64,000 bases of DNA from an uncultured Alphaproteobacteria bacterium (GTDB taxonomy: Bacteria > Pseudomonadota > Alphaproteobacteria > Micavibrionales > UBA1664): assembly GCA_943789475.1 (NCBI GenBank), contig CALSUG010000006.1, positions 41,834 through 105,833 on the forward strand, written 5' to 3'. Both the position numbers and the translations under genes were made by a program. Of the stretch, positions 18,723 to 29,096 are shown in pieces. The notes beneath the pieces were generated by a model. It searched no databases. It was not told the origin of the DNA and saw nothing but the letters and a program-made list of their open reading frames with translations. Positions within the stretch are counted from its first letter, which is position 1; each line of letters opens with the position of its first letter.

Positions 18723-19662
18723 ATGGAAGTTTGGATTTTATACGGGGATGACATTGATTCAACGGCTGACTTAGCCTTTGAAATGCGACGTTTTCTGGCT
18801 GAAGGCGAAAAAATGGGAATTGAAGTTAAAGCCTTCAAACCCAATCAATTTGATCTACTTGTTACCGAAGAAAATCGCGATCAAATCATTATTGACGGCA
18901 AATGGACAAATTTACCTGATTTCATTTTCCCTTACTTTAACCACAGCGACCACAGCTATTTCTCACTTGCGATTGTTCGTCAATTTGAGCGTATGGGCGT
19001 CCCCGTATTTAATAATGCAGATACACTTGAGCGCGTGCGTGACAAACTACATGCGCACCAAATTCTGGCAGAAAAGCGGCATACCAACGCCAGACACAAT
19101 GTTAGCAAAGTTCCCTATCAATATTGAATTGGTCGAAGAAACACTGGGCTTCCCTTTAATTGTTAAAACACTTCATGGCGCATTGGGATCAGGCGTATTC
19201 TTAATTGAAAATGAGAGATCATTTGATGATCTGATGACTTTGGTTCACGAAACACAACCAAACATGCTGATGATTTTTCAAAAATTTGTAGCCCATTCAA
19301 AAGGTCGAGATCTGCGCATTCTTGTTGTTGATGGCAAAGTCGTTGCAGGTATGCAGCGCACGGCCAAACCAGGAGACTTTAAAGCTAATTATTCTCAAGG
19401 CGCAAAAGTCGATGAATTTATCGTTGATAAAAAGGCCGCAGACATCGCAATCAAAACAGCCAAAGCATTAGGTATTCAGGTCGCTGGGGTAGACCTCCTT
19501 TTCACCGAAACAGGATACACAATTTGCGAGGCAAACACATTTCCTGGATTTAAAGGATTGGAACAAGCCACAGGCGAAAACATTCCAAAAGCCATTTTTG
19601 AATCAATGCAAAAACATTTGAAGGCGAAAAAACCTAAGTTGGTGAAGAAATTACTGGGATAA
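18723..19662 (+). CDS. RimK-family ATP-grasp ligase (one frameshift)
   Basis: RDKLHAHQILA then GIPTPDT, GRDLRILVV, FKANYSQG and ICEANTFPGF; extra A at 19072-19075. Confidence 0.85.
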
Positions 19663-20239
19663 TTGATCTCGATTCGAGATTGTTCATTAATCTTTTTGGG
19701 TGATTGAACATTTGGCGTGGCATTTTAATGCCTGCCTCCCTTAAAATATCCTTGGTAAAACCAACACAGTTACTAATACCCAAAGTGTAAACGCCACCTT
19801 TTTTATCAATAGCTTGCTCTACCCTATTATAATCCTCTTCACTGATTGGAATCTTATAGGAAATGTCACCACCATTTTTCAACTCATCATTTTTACACTT
19901 CGCAATAACACCCTTTGATGTGCTATTCATCGCAGCATATGCCATTCCGACTATTCCACCAGCAAATGCAATCTTCGCATCAAAACCACTTGCCATAGCC
20001 CCAGTATAAAATCCCATTGCCGCATATCCAACAATACATCCCATTGTTGAAACACCTTGTGCAACTCGCCTGAATGCTGAGGAACATTCTGAATATTTAC
20101 CACCGGCATTAATACTGCCAAAATCATAGTGAGAATGATCATTTTTGGACAAATCAGACAAAGTAACACCCGCATGCCCGATATAAGCATTCTCAGCCGA
20201 TGGCTCGGTTACTCTGACTGTTAGTTCATACATGTCCAT
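19634..20239 (-). CDS. hypothetical protein, permuted NlpC/P60 (papain-like) pattern
   Basis: N-terminal GHAGV, YDFG and C-terminal YTLGISNCVGF with a central hydrophobic Gly-rich insert. Confidence 0.5.
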   Translation of the reverse strand: MDMYELTVRVTEPSAENAYIGHAGVTLSDLSKNDHSHYDFGSINAGGKYSECSSAFRRVAQGVSTMGCIVGYAAMGFYTGAMASGFDAKIAFAGGIVGMAYAAMNSTSKGVIAKCKNDELKNGGDISYKIPISEEDYNRVEQAIDKKGGVYTLGISNCVGFTKDILREAGIKMPRQMFNHPKRLMNNLESRSIIPVISSPT

Positions 20240-20269
20240 ATTATGACACAGAATATATTAAAAAAGCCT

Positions 20270-21295
20270 TTATAGTCCAGTTTTGCGTGGGTCAAACGCA
20301 TCACGCACGGCCTCACCAATAAAAGTTAATAACGTCAACATCACCGCCAGTGAAAAAAACGCCGTTAAACCCAACCAAGGTGCATGAATATTATTTTTCC
20401 CTTGGGCCAACAATTCACCCAAAGACGGCGACCCGGGCGGCAACCCAAACCCTAAAAAATCCAATGATGTCAGTATGGTAATCGAACCCGTTAGGATAAA
20501 AGGCATCAATGTTAATGTCGCAACCATCGCATTAGGCAACACATGACGACGCATAATAGTGACATTCGACACACCCAACGCCTTTGCCGCGCGCACATAG
20601 TCTAAATTTCGCGCACGGAAAAATTCAGCACGCACAACATCAATCAAATTTGTCCATGAAAATAACAACATCATCCCCAACAATACCCAAAATGTAGGTG
20701 TAATAATCGAGGCCATAATAATAATGATAAACAAGACAGGCAAACCTGACCAAATCTCAATAAAGCGTTGAAAAATCAAATCAACCCAACCGCCATAATA
20801 TCCCTGCACACCACCAGCAATAATTCCGACAATTGAACTAAATATAGTCAGGACAAGACCAAACAAAATAGAAATTCGAAACCCATATATAAGGCGGGCC
20901 AAGACATCGCGCCCCTGATCGTCCGTCCCCAATAAATTGTCACCCGTTGGCGCACTGGGTGCGGGAACATTCAAATCATAATTAATGGTGTCATAGGAAT
21001 ATCGAATGGTCGGCCAAACCATCCATCCCTTTTCATTGATTAAATCCATCACGAATTCATCACGGTAATCGGCCTCAGTTTCAAAATCTCCACCAAAAAC
21101 CGTTTCGGCATATTCATTTGCCAATGGCCAATAATGACCCTCGTCATAATTGATATAGAGAGGTTTGTCGTTCGCAATAAAATCAGCCGACAATGTCAAA
21201 ATAAACAGAATAGAAAAAATCCATAGAGACCAATAACCACGTTTATTCGCCTTAAATTGTTCAATACGTTTTTGTGTAATGGGTGAAAATGCCAT
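20270..21295 (-). CDS. yejE: peptide (microcin C-type) ABC transporter permease
   Basis: GTDDQGRDVLARLIYGFRIS and GEAVRDAFDPRK motifs. Confidence 0.9.
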   Translation of the reverse strand: MAFSPITQKRIEQFKANKRGYWSLWIFSILFILTLSADFIANDKPLYINYDEGHYWPLANEYAETVFGGDFETEADYRDEFVMDLINEKGWMVWPTIRYSYDTINYDLNVPAPSAPTGDNLLGTDDQGRDVLARLIYGFRISILFGLVLTIFSSIVGIIAGGVQGYYGGWVDLIFQRFIEIWSGLPVLFIIIIMASIITPTFWVLLGMMLLFSWTNLIDVVRAEFFRARNLDYVRAAKALGVSNVTIMRRHVLPNAMVATLTLMPFILTGSITILTSLDFLGFGLPPGSPSLGELLAQGKNNIHAPWLGLTAFFSLAVMLTLLTFIGEAVRDAFDPRKTGL

Positions 21296-21296
21296 G

Positions 21297-22418
21297 TTAC
21301 GACTTCCCCTCAAAACTAATCCGCGGGTCAACCAACACATATGTGATGTCGGACACCAATTTCAAAATCAATCCCATCAATGTAAAGATAAATAACGTTC
21401 CAAACATGACTGGATAATCACGATTAATCGTACTTTCAAAACCGAGCAAACCAAGACCGTCTAGAGAGAATATAACCTCGATCAACAATGCGCCTGTAAA
21501 AAATATACTCATAAACGCGCTTGGAAAACCTACAATCACAATCAACATTGCATTACGAAATACATGCTTATACAAAACAGCTTTTTCACCCAAACCTTTT
21601 GCCCGTGCCGTTAAAACATATTGTTTATTAATCTCGTCCAAAAATGAATTTTTGGTCAGCATCGTCAAACCTGCAAAACCACTCACCACCATCGCCGCCA
21701 CCGGCAAAACCATATGCCATGCATAATCCAATATTTGCTGAATCACATTCATGTCTTCAAATCCGTCTGATGTCAGTCCACGCAATGGAAACCAATCAAG
21801 ATACCGCCCACCGGCAAACACAATGATCAACAAAATCGCAAATAAGAATGATGGAATGGCGTACCCGACAAAAATAATACCGCTGCTCCACACGTCAAAT
21901 TTTTCACCATCCTTCACGGCCTTTTTAATCCCCAATGGAATAGAAATTAAATAAATAATGAGTGTCGACCACAACCCCAATGAAATGGACACAGGCATTT
22001 TTTCAAAGATCAAATCGATGACACCAACATCACGATAATAGCTATCCCCAAAATCAAATTGTAAATAATTCCAAACCATTAAAAAGAAACGCTCATGTGC
22101 TGGTTTATCGAAACCAAACTGCTTTTCCATCTCTTCAATAAATTCTGGTGGCAAACCTTGTGCTCCACGATATTTAGAATTCAATGATGATGAAACAGAT
22201 TTCCCCTCAGTCATAGAGCTGTTTAAATCTGCACCAACTTCTGCGCCAGTTGATCCACTAATACGTGCCGTAGCATCACTACCCAACCCCTGCATTTTGG
22301 CAATCATTTGTTCGACAGGACCACCAGGCGCGGCCTGCACAATCATGAAATTAATCAAAATAATCCCAAACAATGTTGGAATCATCAAAAGCAATCGTCG
22401 TAAAATGTAATTAAACAT
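21297..22418 (-). CDS. yejB: peptide ABC transporter permease
   Basis: [15 protein letters not shown] and TKNSFLDEI motifs. Confidence 0.92.
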   Translation of the reverse strand: MFNYILRRLLLMIPTLFGIILINFMIVQAAPGGPVEQMIAKMQGLGSDATARISGSTGAEVGADLNSSMTEGKSVSSSLNSKYRGAQGLPPEFIEEMEKQFGFDKPAHERFFLMVWNYLQFDFGDSYYRDVGVIDLIFEKMPVSISLGLWSTLIIYLISIPLGIKKAVKDGEKFDVWSSGIIFVGYAIPSFLFAILLIIVFAGGRYLDWFPLRGLTSDGFEDMNVIQQILDYAWHMVLPVAAMVVSGFAGLTMLTKNSFLDEINKQYVLTARAKGLGEKAVLYKHVFRNAMLIVIVGFPSAFMSIFFTGALLIEVIFSLDGLGLLGFESTINRDYPVMFGTLFIFTLMGLILKLVSDITYVLVDPRISFEGKS

Positions 22419-22453
22419 GGTCGCAGTATAAATGCGTTATACAAAAAAGAAAA

Positions 22454-23071
22454 CTATTCAGGGCGTTTATTCCAAAACACATATCGCCATGCATTACCAT
22501 CATGCTCGAATAGCCCCATGGACGCTGTTTTCACCTTTGGGGCAACATCATCAGGCAAACCGTTTTCAAGGATAATCGGTGCAAAGCGGATGACACCACC
22601 ACTACTCACCACACAAGTCAACTTACCCTCACGTTTTTCACGTGTTTCATTGGCAAAATCAATCCATGATTGCTGAAGCGCGCGTGGATCAACAATCCAC
22701 CCATCGGGAACAACGCCAAATTCATTCCAATCTTCCATTGTTTTTTTACCCAACCGTTCCAATATTTCAGGTTCGGTTTTATTCTCATCGGGGCCATGGT
22801 CAATCTCATTAAAGGTTTTATCCGTTTGAATATCGATATCAACATTCGCATTACGCACCATTATCTGCGCCGTCTCCTGTGCGCGTTGCAATTCGGACGC
22901 ATAAATATAATCAGGAATAAGGTTTTCGCGATCTATATATGACCCCAACGCACATGCCTGATCTATCCCCGATTGTACCAGTGGAATATCGGTTCGACAC
23001 CCCACACGTCGTGGTTCATCATCAGGTCCAAATGTATTACCGTGGCGAATGATTAATAATCTTGTTGTCAT
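22454..23071 (-). CDS. histidine phosphatase family protein
   Basis: RHG motif and SELQRAQETA; ATGA overlap with the kdsB stop. Confidence 0.85.
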   Translation of the reverse strand: MTTRLLIIRHGNTFGPDDEPRRVGCRTDIPLVQSGIDQACALGSYIDRENLIPDYIYASELQRAQETAQIMVRNANVDIDIQTDKTFNEIDHGPDENKTEPEILERLGKKTMEDWNEFGVVPDGWIVDPRALQQSWIDFANETREKREGKLTCVVSSGGVIRFAPIILENGLPDDVAPKVKTASMGLFEHDGNAWRYVFWNKRPE

Positions 23072-23874
23072 GCAACCCGCGCCTTTGCACGCATAATTGT
23101 TTCGGCGCGATCTATGTCCTCTGGTGAATCAACACCACTATGCACAATGTCATCATGTGGAATTTCAACACATTGAATATCAATATCATTTTCAAGAAAG
23201 CGAAGCTGTTCTAACCCTTCTATTTCCTCATACTTCCCCTCTGGCAAATTAACGAATTTTTTCAACACATCAAATCGATATCCGTATAATCCCAAATGTT
23301 GGTAAACAGGCGATAACTCCCCACCATGACGATAGCTGTCTTCTTTACGCATCGCAGGCATAATATTTTTTGAAAACCACATCGCACGATTACGCTTATT
23401 TATCACGGCCGTGGTACCGCTAAATGGTGTTGTTTCTTTATTACGGCGAAGTTTATCCAGATCGTTCCACGCCAATTGCTGTACGGGCGTCACCACCCGC
23501 GCCTCAGGGTTAGCGCTAAATTCACGGATAACTTTTTCTAAAGCACTGAGCGGAGTTAATGGCGCGTCGCCTTGTAAATTAATCACAATATCAGGTTGGT
23601 CCGATAATTTTACCGCGGCTTCTAACACTCGATCAGACCCCGTCTTACACGTGTCCGATGTCATCAATACATCATGCCCCTGTGATTTTGCATGCGCCTC
23701 AATTCGTTCATCATCGGTCGCTATAATAACCTGCACATCTTTGTAACCTTTAGATGCCTTAACCGCTAAATCATATACATGATCAATCATGGCCTTACCA
23801 TTAATGGGTACCAACGGTTTACCAGGAAAGCGCGTTGACCCATATCGCGCAGGTATAATAATTGCAATTTTCAT
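23068..23874 (-). CDS. kdsB: 3-deoxy-manno-octulosonate cytidylyltransferase
   Basis: IPARYGSTRFPGKPL, NLQGDAP, HLGLYGY and LEQLRFLE motifs. Confidence 0.92.
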   Translation of the reverse strand: MKIAIIIPARYGSTRFPGKPLVPINGKAMIDHVYDLAVKASKGYKDVQVIIATDDERIEAHAKSQGHDVLMTSDTCKTGSDRVLEAAVKLSDQPDIVINLQGDAPLTPLSALEKVIREFSANPEARVVTPVQQLAWNDLDKLRRNKETTPFSGTTAVINKRNRAMWFSKNIMPAMRKEDSYRHGGELSPVYQHLGLYGYRFDVLKKFVNLPEGKYEEIEGLEQLRFLENDIDIQCVEIPHDDIVHSGVDSPEDIDRAETIMRAKARVA

Positions 23875-23919
23875 GAATCAAATCATAAAGCACAGGCGCG
23901 ATCAGGTCACGGATAGATT

Positions 23920-24840
23920 TTAAACAGAATACACAGGGTGATTATCTGGCAATGAATGCATAAACTCTTTTTGTATTCTATCCCGTACCCACATAATTAA
24001 TGCCCCTGGTCGCTTCCCTTCAACAGGAACTAGTCCTCCTTGATCATTTCGATCAAAAGTCATTTGTAAAATTTTTGAGGTTGCCGCCGAAAAAGGACAC
24101 TTATTATACTCCCCTTCTCTACTAACACTTTCGAACGCCCCTTTTGCAAAACATTGATGCACACCGCGATGCAATGATTTTTCATCACACGTTTCCATTA
24201 CGCTCGCCATAATTGTCGTCATATCCTGAATAAATGAAGCCCCCTTCGCATTCAATAAAGCACGCCTAAAACCTTTTCGAAAATACCTTAACGATACAGT
24301 ATCAAATGGCCCATAAGAATCATCAGCAACGTCAACAGCATATTCGACAGAGATTTCTTTTCTCAATGCTTCAAAATAATCAACCACACACATTTTAATA
24401 GCAACCATGGATAATAAAAACTCAGAGTTTCTATCGATAAATTCTAATCCTTTTTTAATTTCACCAATATTCAATGGGAACTCTTCCTGCGGACGAACTT
24501 TCATTTTTGAGGTAGATCGAACACCAAATGTAGAATACGTATAACCTAAGCTAATCCTATTAACTTCATCACCCTCTCCTGCAAAAAAACTATATAGACT
24601 CATATCATTCGCATCTGTTGATGCTAGGTTATTATATTTATCTACACGCAAAGCCTCTTCAGCTTTACTGAAAAAATCTTCTTGAGAAAAATACCACGCA
24701 GCAAATTCAGGAAACTGTGGCATCGCTAATAACGGCATTGCAGCATATGCATTATAAGCATCATAATCTTCACGACTAGGATCAACATAAGGCGCACACA
24801 TTGATGCCGCTTCTTCTAATTTTATGGTCTTTATCTTCAT
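23920..24840 (-). CDS. hypothetical protein (orphan)
   Basis: ~306 aa ORF filling the yejA-kdsB gap; TTGACA on the minus strand at 24870-24875. Confidence 0.65.
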   Translation of the reverse strand: MKIKTIKLEEAASMCAPYVDPSREDYDAYNAYAAMPLLAMPQFPEFAAWYFSQEDFFSKAEEALRVDKYNNLASTDANDMSLYSFFAGEGDEVNRISLGYTYSTFGVRSTSKMKVRPQEEFPLNIGEIKKGLEFIDRNSEFLLSMVAIKMCVVDYFEALRKEISVEYAVDVADDSYGPFDTVSLRYFRKGFRRALLNAKGASFIQDMTTIMASVMETCDEKSLHRGVHQCFAKGAFESVSREGEYNKCPFSAATSKILQMTFDRNDQGGLVPVEGKRPGALIMWVRDRIQKEFMHSLPDNHPVYSV

Positions 24841-24911
24841 AAAAACCATAAAACACTCATTTTAAACTATGTCAATATTTTATATGTAATTTAAATAAAA
24901 AATTACCCACT

Positions 24912-26720
24912 TTATTTATTCCACCATGTATCCATTGCACCCAACGCATACTGTGCCTGAACACTTGGCTTACCAAACTTATCCCAATGCGCAATACGCC
25001 ATGTATTGATATGCCATTGTGGTATTGCGTGATACCCCCACAACAACACACGATCCAACGCACGTGTACGATGCACTAATTCAGCGCGATCCGGTGCGTT
25101 TATTACCATCTCAACTAATGTATCTACAACTGGATTTTTAATCCCCATATGATTACGCGATCCTGGCGTATCCACCTTTGTCGAATGCCAATATTCCAAT
25201 TGTTCATTCCCAGGTGATAATGACTGTCCTGCCCCCCCAATGGTCATGTCATAATCAAAATTTGTCATGCGTTCAACAAACTGAGGCGTATCAACAACAC
25301 GGAAATTCGCCTCAACACCAATGCGTTTTAAATTTTTAATAAACGGCAATACCCAACGTTCAAACTCGGCTTGACGATGCATGACTTCGAATGACAGACG
25401 CTGTCCTGTTCTTTTATGAACACGGATCTTATCCGCACCTAATTTATACCCTGCATCATCCAATGCCTTCATCGCCATACGAAGCTGTTCACGATTTTTA
25501 CCACTGCCATCTGTTTTAGGATTTGTAAACGGCACATTGAATAATTCTGCAGGGAGCTGATCTTTAAATTCACTCAATATTTCCAACTCACGCCCTTGCG
25601 GAACCCCCGATGAGGCCAATTCTGAATTCTCAAAATAACTGTCAGTACGTTTATAGGCACCAAATGCAAATTGTTTATTTGACCATTCAAAATCAAATGC
25701 CAATTGTATTGCACGACGAACGTTTTTATCTTGGAACACAGGATGGCGATTATTCATGATAAAGGCCTGCATACCTGCTGGTTTTTGGTTAGCAATTTGC
25801 TTCTTAATAATTTGTCCAGATTTAACAAGATCATTGTCGTATCCTGTCGCCCATGTCTTGGCAATATATTCTTCACGAATATCATATTCACCGCCAAACA
25901 ACGCTTCCAAGGCAACGGTTGCATCACGGTAATACTGCACCGTAATTTCATCAAAATTATAACGTCCTTTGTTCACAGGCAAATCGGTTGCCCACCAATC
26001 ATTCACGCGTTCATATGTAATAGAGCGCCCAGCATCAATAGATTTGATTTTATACGGACCAGATCCTAACGGAAATTCAAACGTTGTTTTGTCAAATTCT
26101 CGTCCCTCAGCTGTCCAATAATGGCTTGGCAACACAGTTAAGCCAGCCACAATCAGGGGCAATTCTTTGTTTTCATTAGTCTTGAAATAAAAAGTAACAA
26201 CACCACCTTGGGTTCTTTCACCATTACCATGCTGGAGAGCTTCTGTCCCCTCTACCCGTTCAACATCGGCATAATACGCTTTATAAAACGGCGCGCCCTT
26301 CTCTCGCAATGTATTGAAAGTCCAAACGACATCATTCGCCGTTATTAAACGCCCATCATGCCACTTGGCTTTTGGATTTAATTGAAATGTTACTGACTTC
26401 CCGTCTGGTGCTACCATAATGCTTTGTGCAATTTCTGCATATTTTGAAAATGCTTCATCTGCACTCGCACTCATTAATGGTTGATATAATAATCCAAGGT
26501 TCGCCGCGGCAACCCCCTTGGTAATAAAACCATTCAAACTGTCATATGTTCCAATGGTCGCCTCAGTAAAACTACCGCCCTTTGGCGCATTCGCATTCAC
26601 GTAATCAAAATTGGGAAACCCTTGTACGTATTTCGCGTCACCGTGCATTGCTATCGACGCAGATTGTGCATAAACATTAAGTGGGAAAAGAACAAAAATA
26701 AGTGCGTATATATATTTCAT
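24912..26720 (-). CDS. yejA: peptide ABC transporter substrate-binding protein
   Basis: Signal peptide; FDYVNANAPKGG, PLGSGPY and FDFEWSN motifs. Confidence 0.92.
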   Translation of the reverse strand: MKYIYALIFVLFPLNVYAQSASIAMHGDAKYVQGFPNFDYVNANAPKGGSFTEATIGTYDSLNGFITKGVAAANLGLLYQPLMSASADEAFSKYAEIAQSIMVAPDGKSVTFQLNPKAKWHDGRLITANDVVWTFNTLREKGAPFYKAYYADVERVEGTEALQHGNGERTQGGVVTFYFKTNENKELPLIVAGLTVLPSHYWTAEGREFDKTTFEFPLGSGPYKIKSIDAGRSITYERVNDWWATDLPVNKGRYNFDEITVQYYRDATVALEALFGGEYDIREEYIAKTWATGYDNDLVKSGQIIKKQIANQKPAGMQAFIMNNRHPVFQDKNVRRAIQLAFDFEWSNKQFAFGAYKRTDSYFENSELASSGVPQGRELEILSEFKDQLPAELFNVPFTNPKTDGSGKNREQLRMAMKALDDAGYKLGADKIRVHKRTGQRLSFEVMHRQAEFERWVLPFIKNLKRIGVEANFRVVDTPQFVERMTNFDYDMTIGGAGQSLSPGNEQLEYWHSTKVDTPGSRNHMGIKNPVVDTLVEMVINAPDRAELVHRTRALDRVLLWGYHAIPQWHINTWRIAHWDKFGKPSVQAQYALGAMDTWWNK

Positions 26721-26761
26721 GTCATAATTTTTACCACGAAGATAAACAGACATAAAAGTTT

Positions 26762-27295
26762 TTATTTTGGTTTATACGCGCCGAGATAAACACCATGTTC
26801 ACCCATATGCCCCAGTTCCAATTTCCATCCAGCTGATTTTCCAGTTAGAGCGATAGGCAATTCAACGGGTTCTGCCAATCTATTAAGATTCTTGGAAAAT
26901 GTTAAATGTGGCCAATAATCATCACCTTTAGGGTTCTCAACATCTAAATCAAGATCATCATAAATTGTCACAACACTGTCATGTATAGAGCGTAATTCAG
27001 AAGACATCGACACATCAACACCATTATATGGCCTATCAACGCTGTGGTAGTAATCTCCTAACATCAGATTACTTCCCTCAGACCAATTCAATTTTGAAAT
27101 TTCATTATACAATTTTGATATATCAAAATCATTCGGCGCTTTTAACTGTGCTATCGTGACATGCGGCAGGTGCCCATCTATACCAAGACAATACCCCTCA
27201 TGCCCCTCACTAAAATTTTTACGTGCGAAATCTATTGCTGCTTTACCAACAAATTCATGGGGAATTAATACAGTGTTAAATAATTGCATATACAT
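26762..27295 (-). CDS. 2H phosphoesterase (2'-5' RNA ligase superfamily)
   Basis: Two HxT motifs, PHVTI and PHLTF. Confidence 0.7.
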   Translation of the reverse strand: MYMQLFNTVLIPHEFVGKAAIDFARKNFSEGHEGYCLGIDGHLPHVTIAQLKAPNDFDISKLYNEISKLNWSEGSNLMLGDYYHSVDRPYNGVDVSMSSELRSIHDSVVTIYDDLDLDVENPKGDDYWPHLTFSKNLNRLAEPVELPIALTGKSAGWKLELGHMGEHGVYLGAYKPK

Positions 27296-27409
27296 TGTTA
27301 CCATATATAAAAACAAAATCACAAGAGATGTGTTTAAAACACTTGCATTTACGCCAAAACTATGTGATTTTGCGACCTATAGAAACTCTAGAGAATTGAA
27401 GAAGGGAGT

Positions 27410-27625
27410 GTGAGACCAATAGTACAGGTAAATGTCCGTGACAATAATGTCGAACAAGCGTTACGCGTTTTAAAGAAAAAAATGCAACGTGAAGGCCTAT
27501 TCCGTGAAATGAAGGAACGTCGCCATTTTGAAAAAAATTGTGAAAAGAAAAAACGTACTCAGGCTGAGGCTGTTCGTCGTGCGCGTAAAGACGAACGCAA
27601 ACGTCGCGAAAAGCAAGGTTTCTAA
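27410..27625 (+). CDS. rpsU: 30S ribosomal protein S21
   Basis: [25 protein letters not shown]; GGGAG RBS. Confidence 0.95.
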   Translation: MRPIVQVNVRDNNVEQALRVLKKKMQREGLFREMKERRHFEKNCEKKKRTQAEAVRRARKDERKRREKQGF

Positions 27626-27665
27626 ATTATTAGAAAACTTAAACTCACACTTAAATTTATATTTT

Positions 27666-27697
27666 AAAACCGCTTTCATTATTTAGGCGGTTTTTTT
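27666..27697. terminator. intrinsic terminator after rpsU
   Basis: AAAACCGC...GCGGTTTTTTT. Confidence 0.75.
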
Positions 27698-27702
27698 ATT
27701 AA

Positions 27703-28257
27703 TTAAAATCCACTATTCGGATCGGATAAATATACCAACTCTTCTGATGTGCTTTCGCGTCCTAGCAAGACATTACGGTGGGGGAAACGTCCATATTCCT
27801 TGATCACGTCATAATGTGCCTGAGCATATGAATGAAAGGATTTTCCATTCTCACCTAAAGCACCAAACAACATTAGTGACTTTTCTTGGTCTTTTAAATT
27901 TTCACTATGTTCAAAAGGTAAATAGGCAAATACTTTTTCATGAAGGTTGAATAAATCATCATACCCTTCATTTATTAGATGTTTTGCCATCTCTAAAGCC
28001 TTCTTATCACTTGCAAACATATTACATGTGCCACGGAATATATTGCGAGAAAATTGATCCAACAGAACAACAAGAGATAAACATCCCTTTGCATCATCCA
28101 TCCAATGATCATAATCACCCTGCATCGCTTTTTCATGATGTTGTAAAAAACGATCACGCAACATCACGTCAAACTCATCATTTTTTTGGAACCATTGTTT
28201 GGAATCAATATCCTGAAACCATAGTTTCCAAATATCAATTTGAATATTTTCCATCAC
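27703..28257 (-). CDS. DUF924 family protein
   Basis: LLDQFSRNIFR, YLPFEHSE and GRFPHRN motifs. Confidence 0.9.
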   Translation of the reverse strand: MMENIQIDIWKLWFQDIDSKQWFQKNDEFDVMLRDRFLQHHEKAMQGDYDHWMDDAKGCLSLVVLLDQFSRNIFRGTCNMFASDKKALEMAKHLINEGYDDLFNLHEKVFAYLPFEHSENLKDQEKSLMLFGALGENGKSFHSYAQAHYDVIKEYGRFPHRNVLLGRESTSEELVYLSDPNSGF

Positions 28258-29085
28258 CTAAACAGATGTTGCATCATAAGGCACATAAAGACCACGTTCA
28301 CCTGGGAGAGGTTTAAACTTGTCTGTTATCCCAACAACTGTTTCTGCACCACCAAGGAACAATGAGCCATGCTTTGCAATATGGCCATGCATCTCCGCCA
28401 ACACTTTACCCTTTGTTTCTGCATCAAAATAAATCAAAACATTACGACAGAAAATAATATCAAATGTTCCCATTGTTGCCATTGAATCAAGGAGGTTAAA
28501 TTTACTAAAGTTCACCATCGATTTAATTTCATCGTTGATAAGCCAGTTTGCACCATCTTGCGTAAAATATTTAACAAGCAATGTAATTGGCATTCCACGC
28601 TGTACTTCAAATTGAGAATATCTACCCGTGCGAGCTGTATCCAAGATATCATCGGACAAATCCGTCGCTTTAATTTCAAAATTATAACCTGCAAATTTTG
28701 CCGCGTTTTCTTTTAAAATAATGGATAGAGAGTAGGGTTCCTGACCACTTGAACATGCCGCACACCAAATACGAATGGTTGAACCCGCTGGCTTACTTTC
28801 TAACACCTTGGGCAATACAACCTTTTCAAAACGTTCAAAAGGATGAGTATCACGAAAGAAGAAAGTTTCATTCGTCGTCATAGCCTCAATCACTTCATTT
28901 TTTGCCGCAGCATCATTCATTTTGATCTTTGACGTTAATGCATCCAAATCATTAAGGCCCAGCTTTTTTATAACTGGACTTAAACGTGATTCAAGAAGAT
29001 ACGCCTTTTCAAAAGTAATCGATAATCCAGAATCTTTATATAAAAAGGTACGGTATACTTCGAAATCTTGTTCATTAATTTTCAT
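28258..29085 (-). CDS. cheR: chemotaxis methyltransferase
   Basis: TTNETFFFRD, WCAACSSGQEPYS and IFCRNVLIYF motifs. Confidence 0.95.
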   Translation of the reverse strand: MKINEQDFEVYRTFLYKDSGLSITFEKAYLLESRLSPVIKKLGLNDLDALTSKIKMNDAAAKNEVIEAMTTNETFFFRDTHPFERFEKVVLPKVLESKPAGSTIRIWCAACSSGQEPYSLSIILKENAAKFAGYNFEIKATDLSDDILDTARTGRYSQFEVQRGMPITLLVKYFTQDGANWLINDEIKSMVNFSKFNLLDSMATMGTFDIIFCRNVLIYFDAETKGKVLAEMHGHIAKHGSLFLGGAETVVGITDKFKPLPGERGLYVPYDATSV

Positions 29086-29096
29086 TTTTTATCATC

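Noticed and set aside
18723-19662. Programmed frameshifting in rimK, nth or cheA
   Set aside because: No consistent slippery site or stimulator; the same extra-base-in-run signature appears across unrelated genes.
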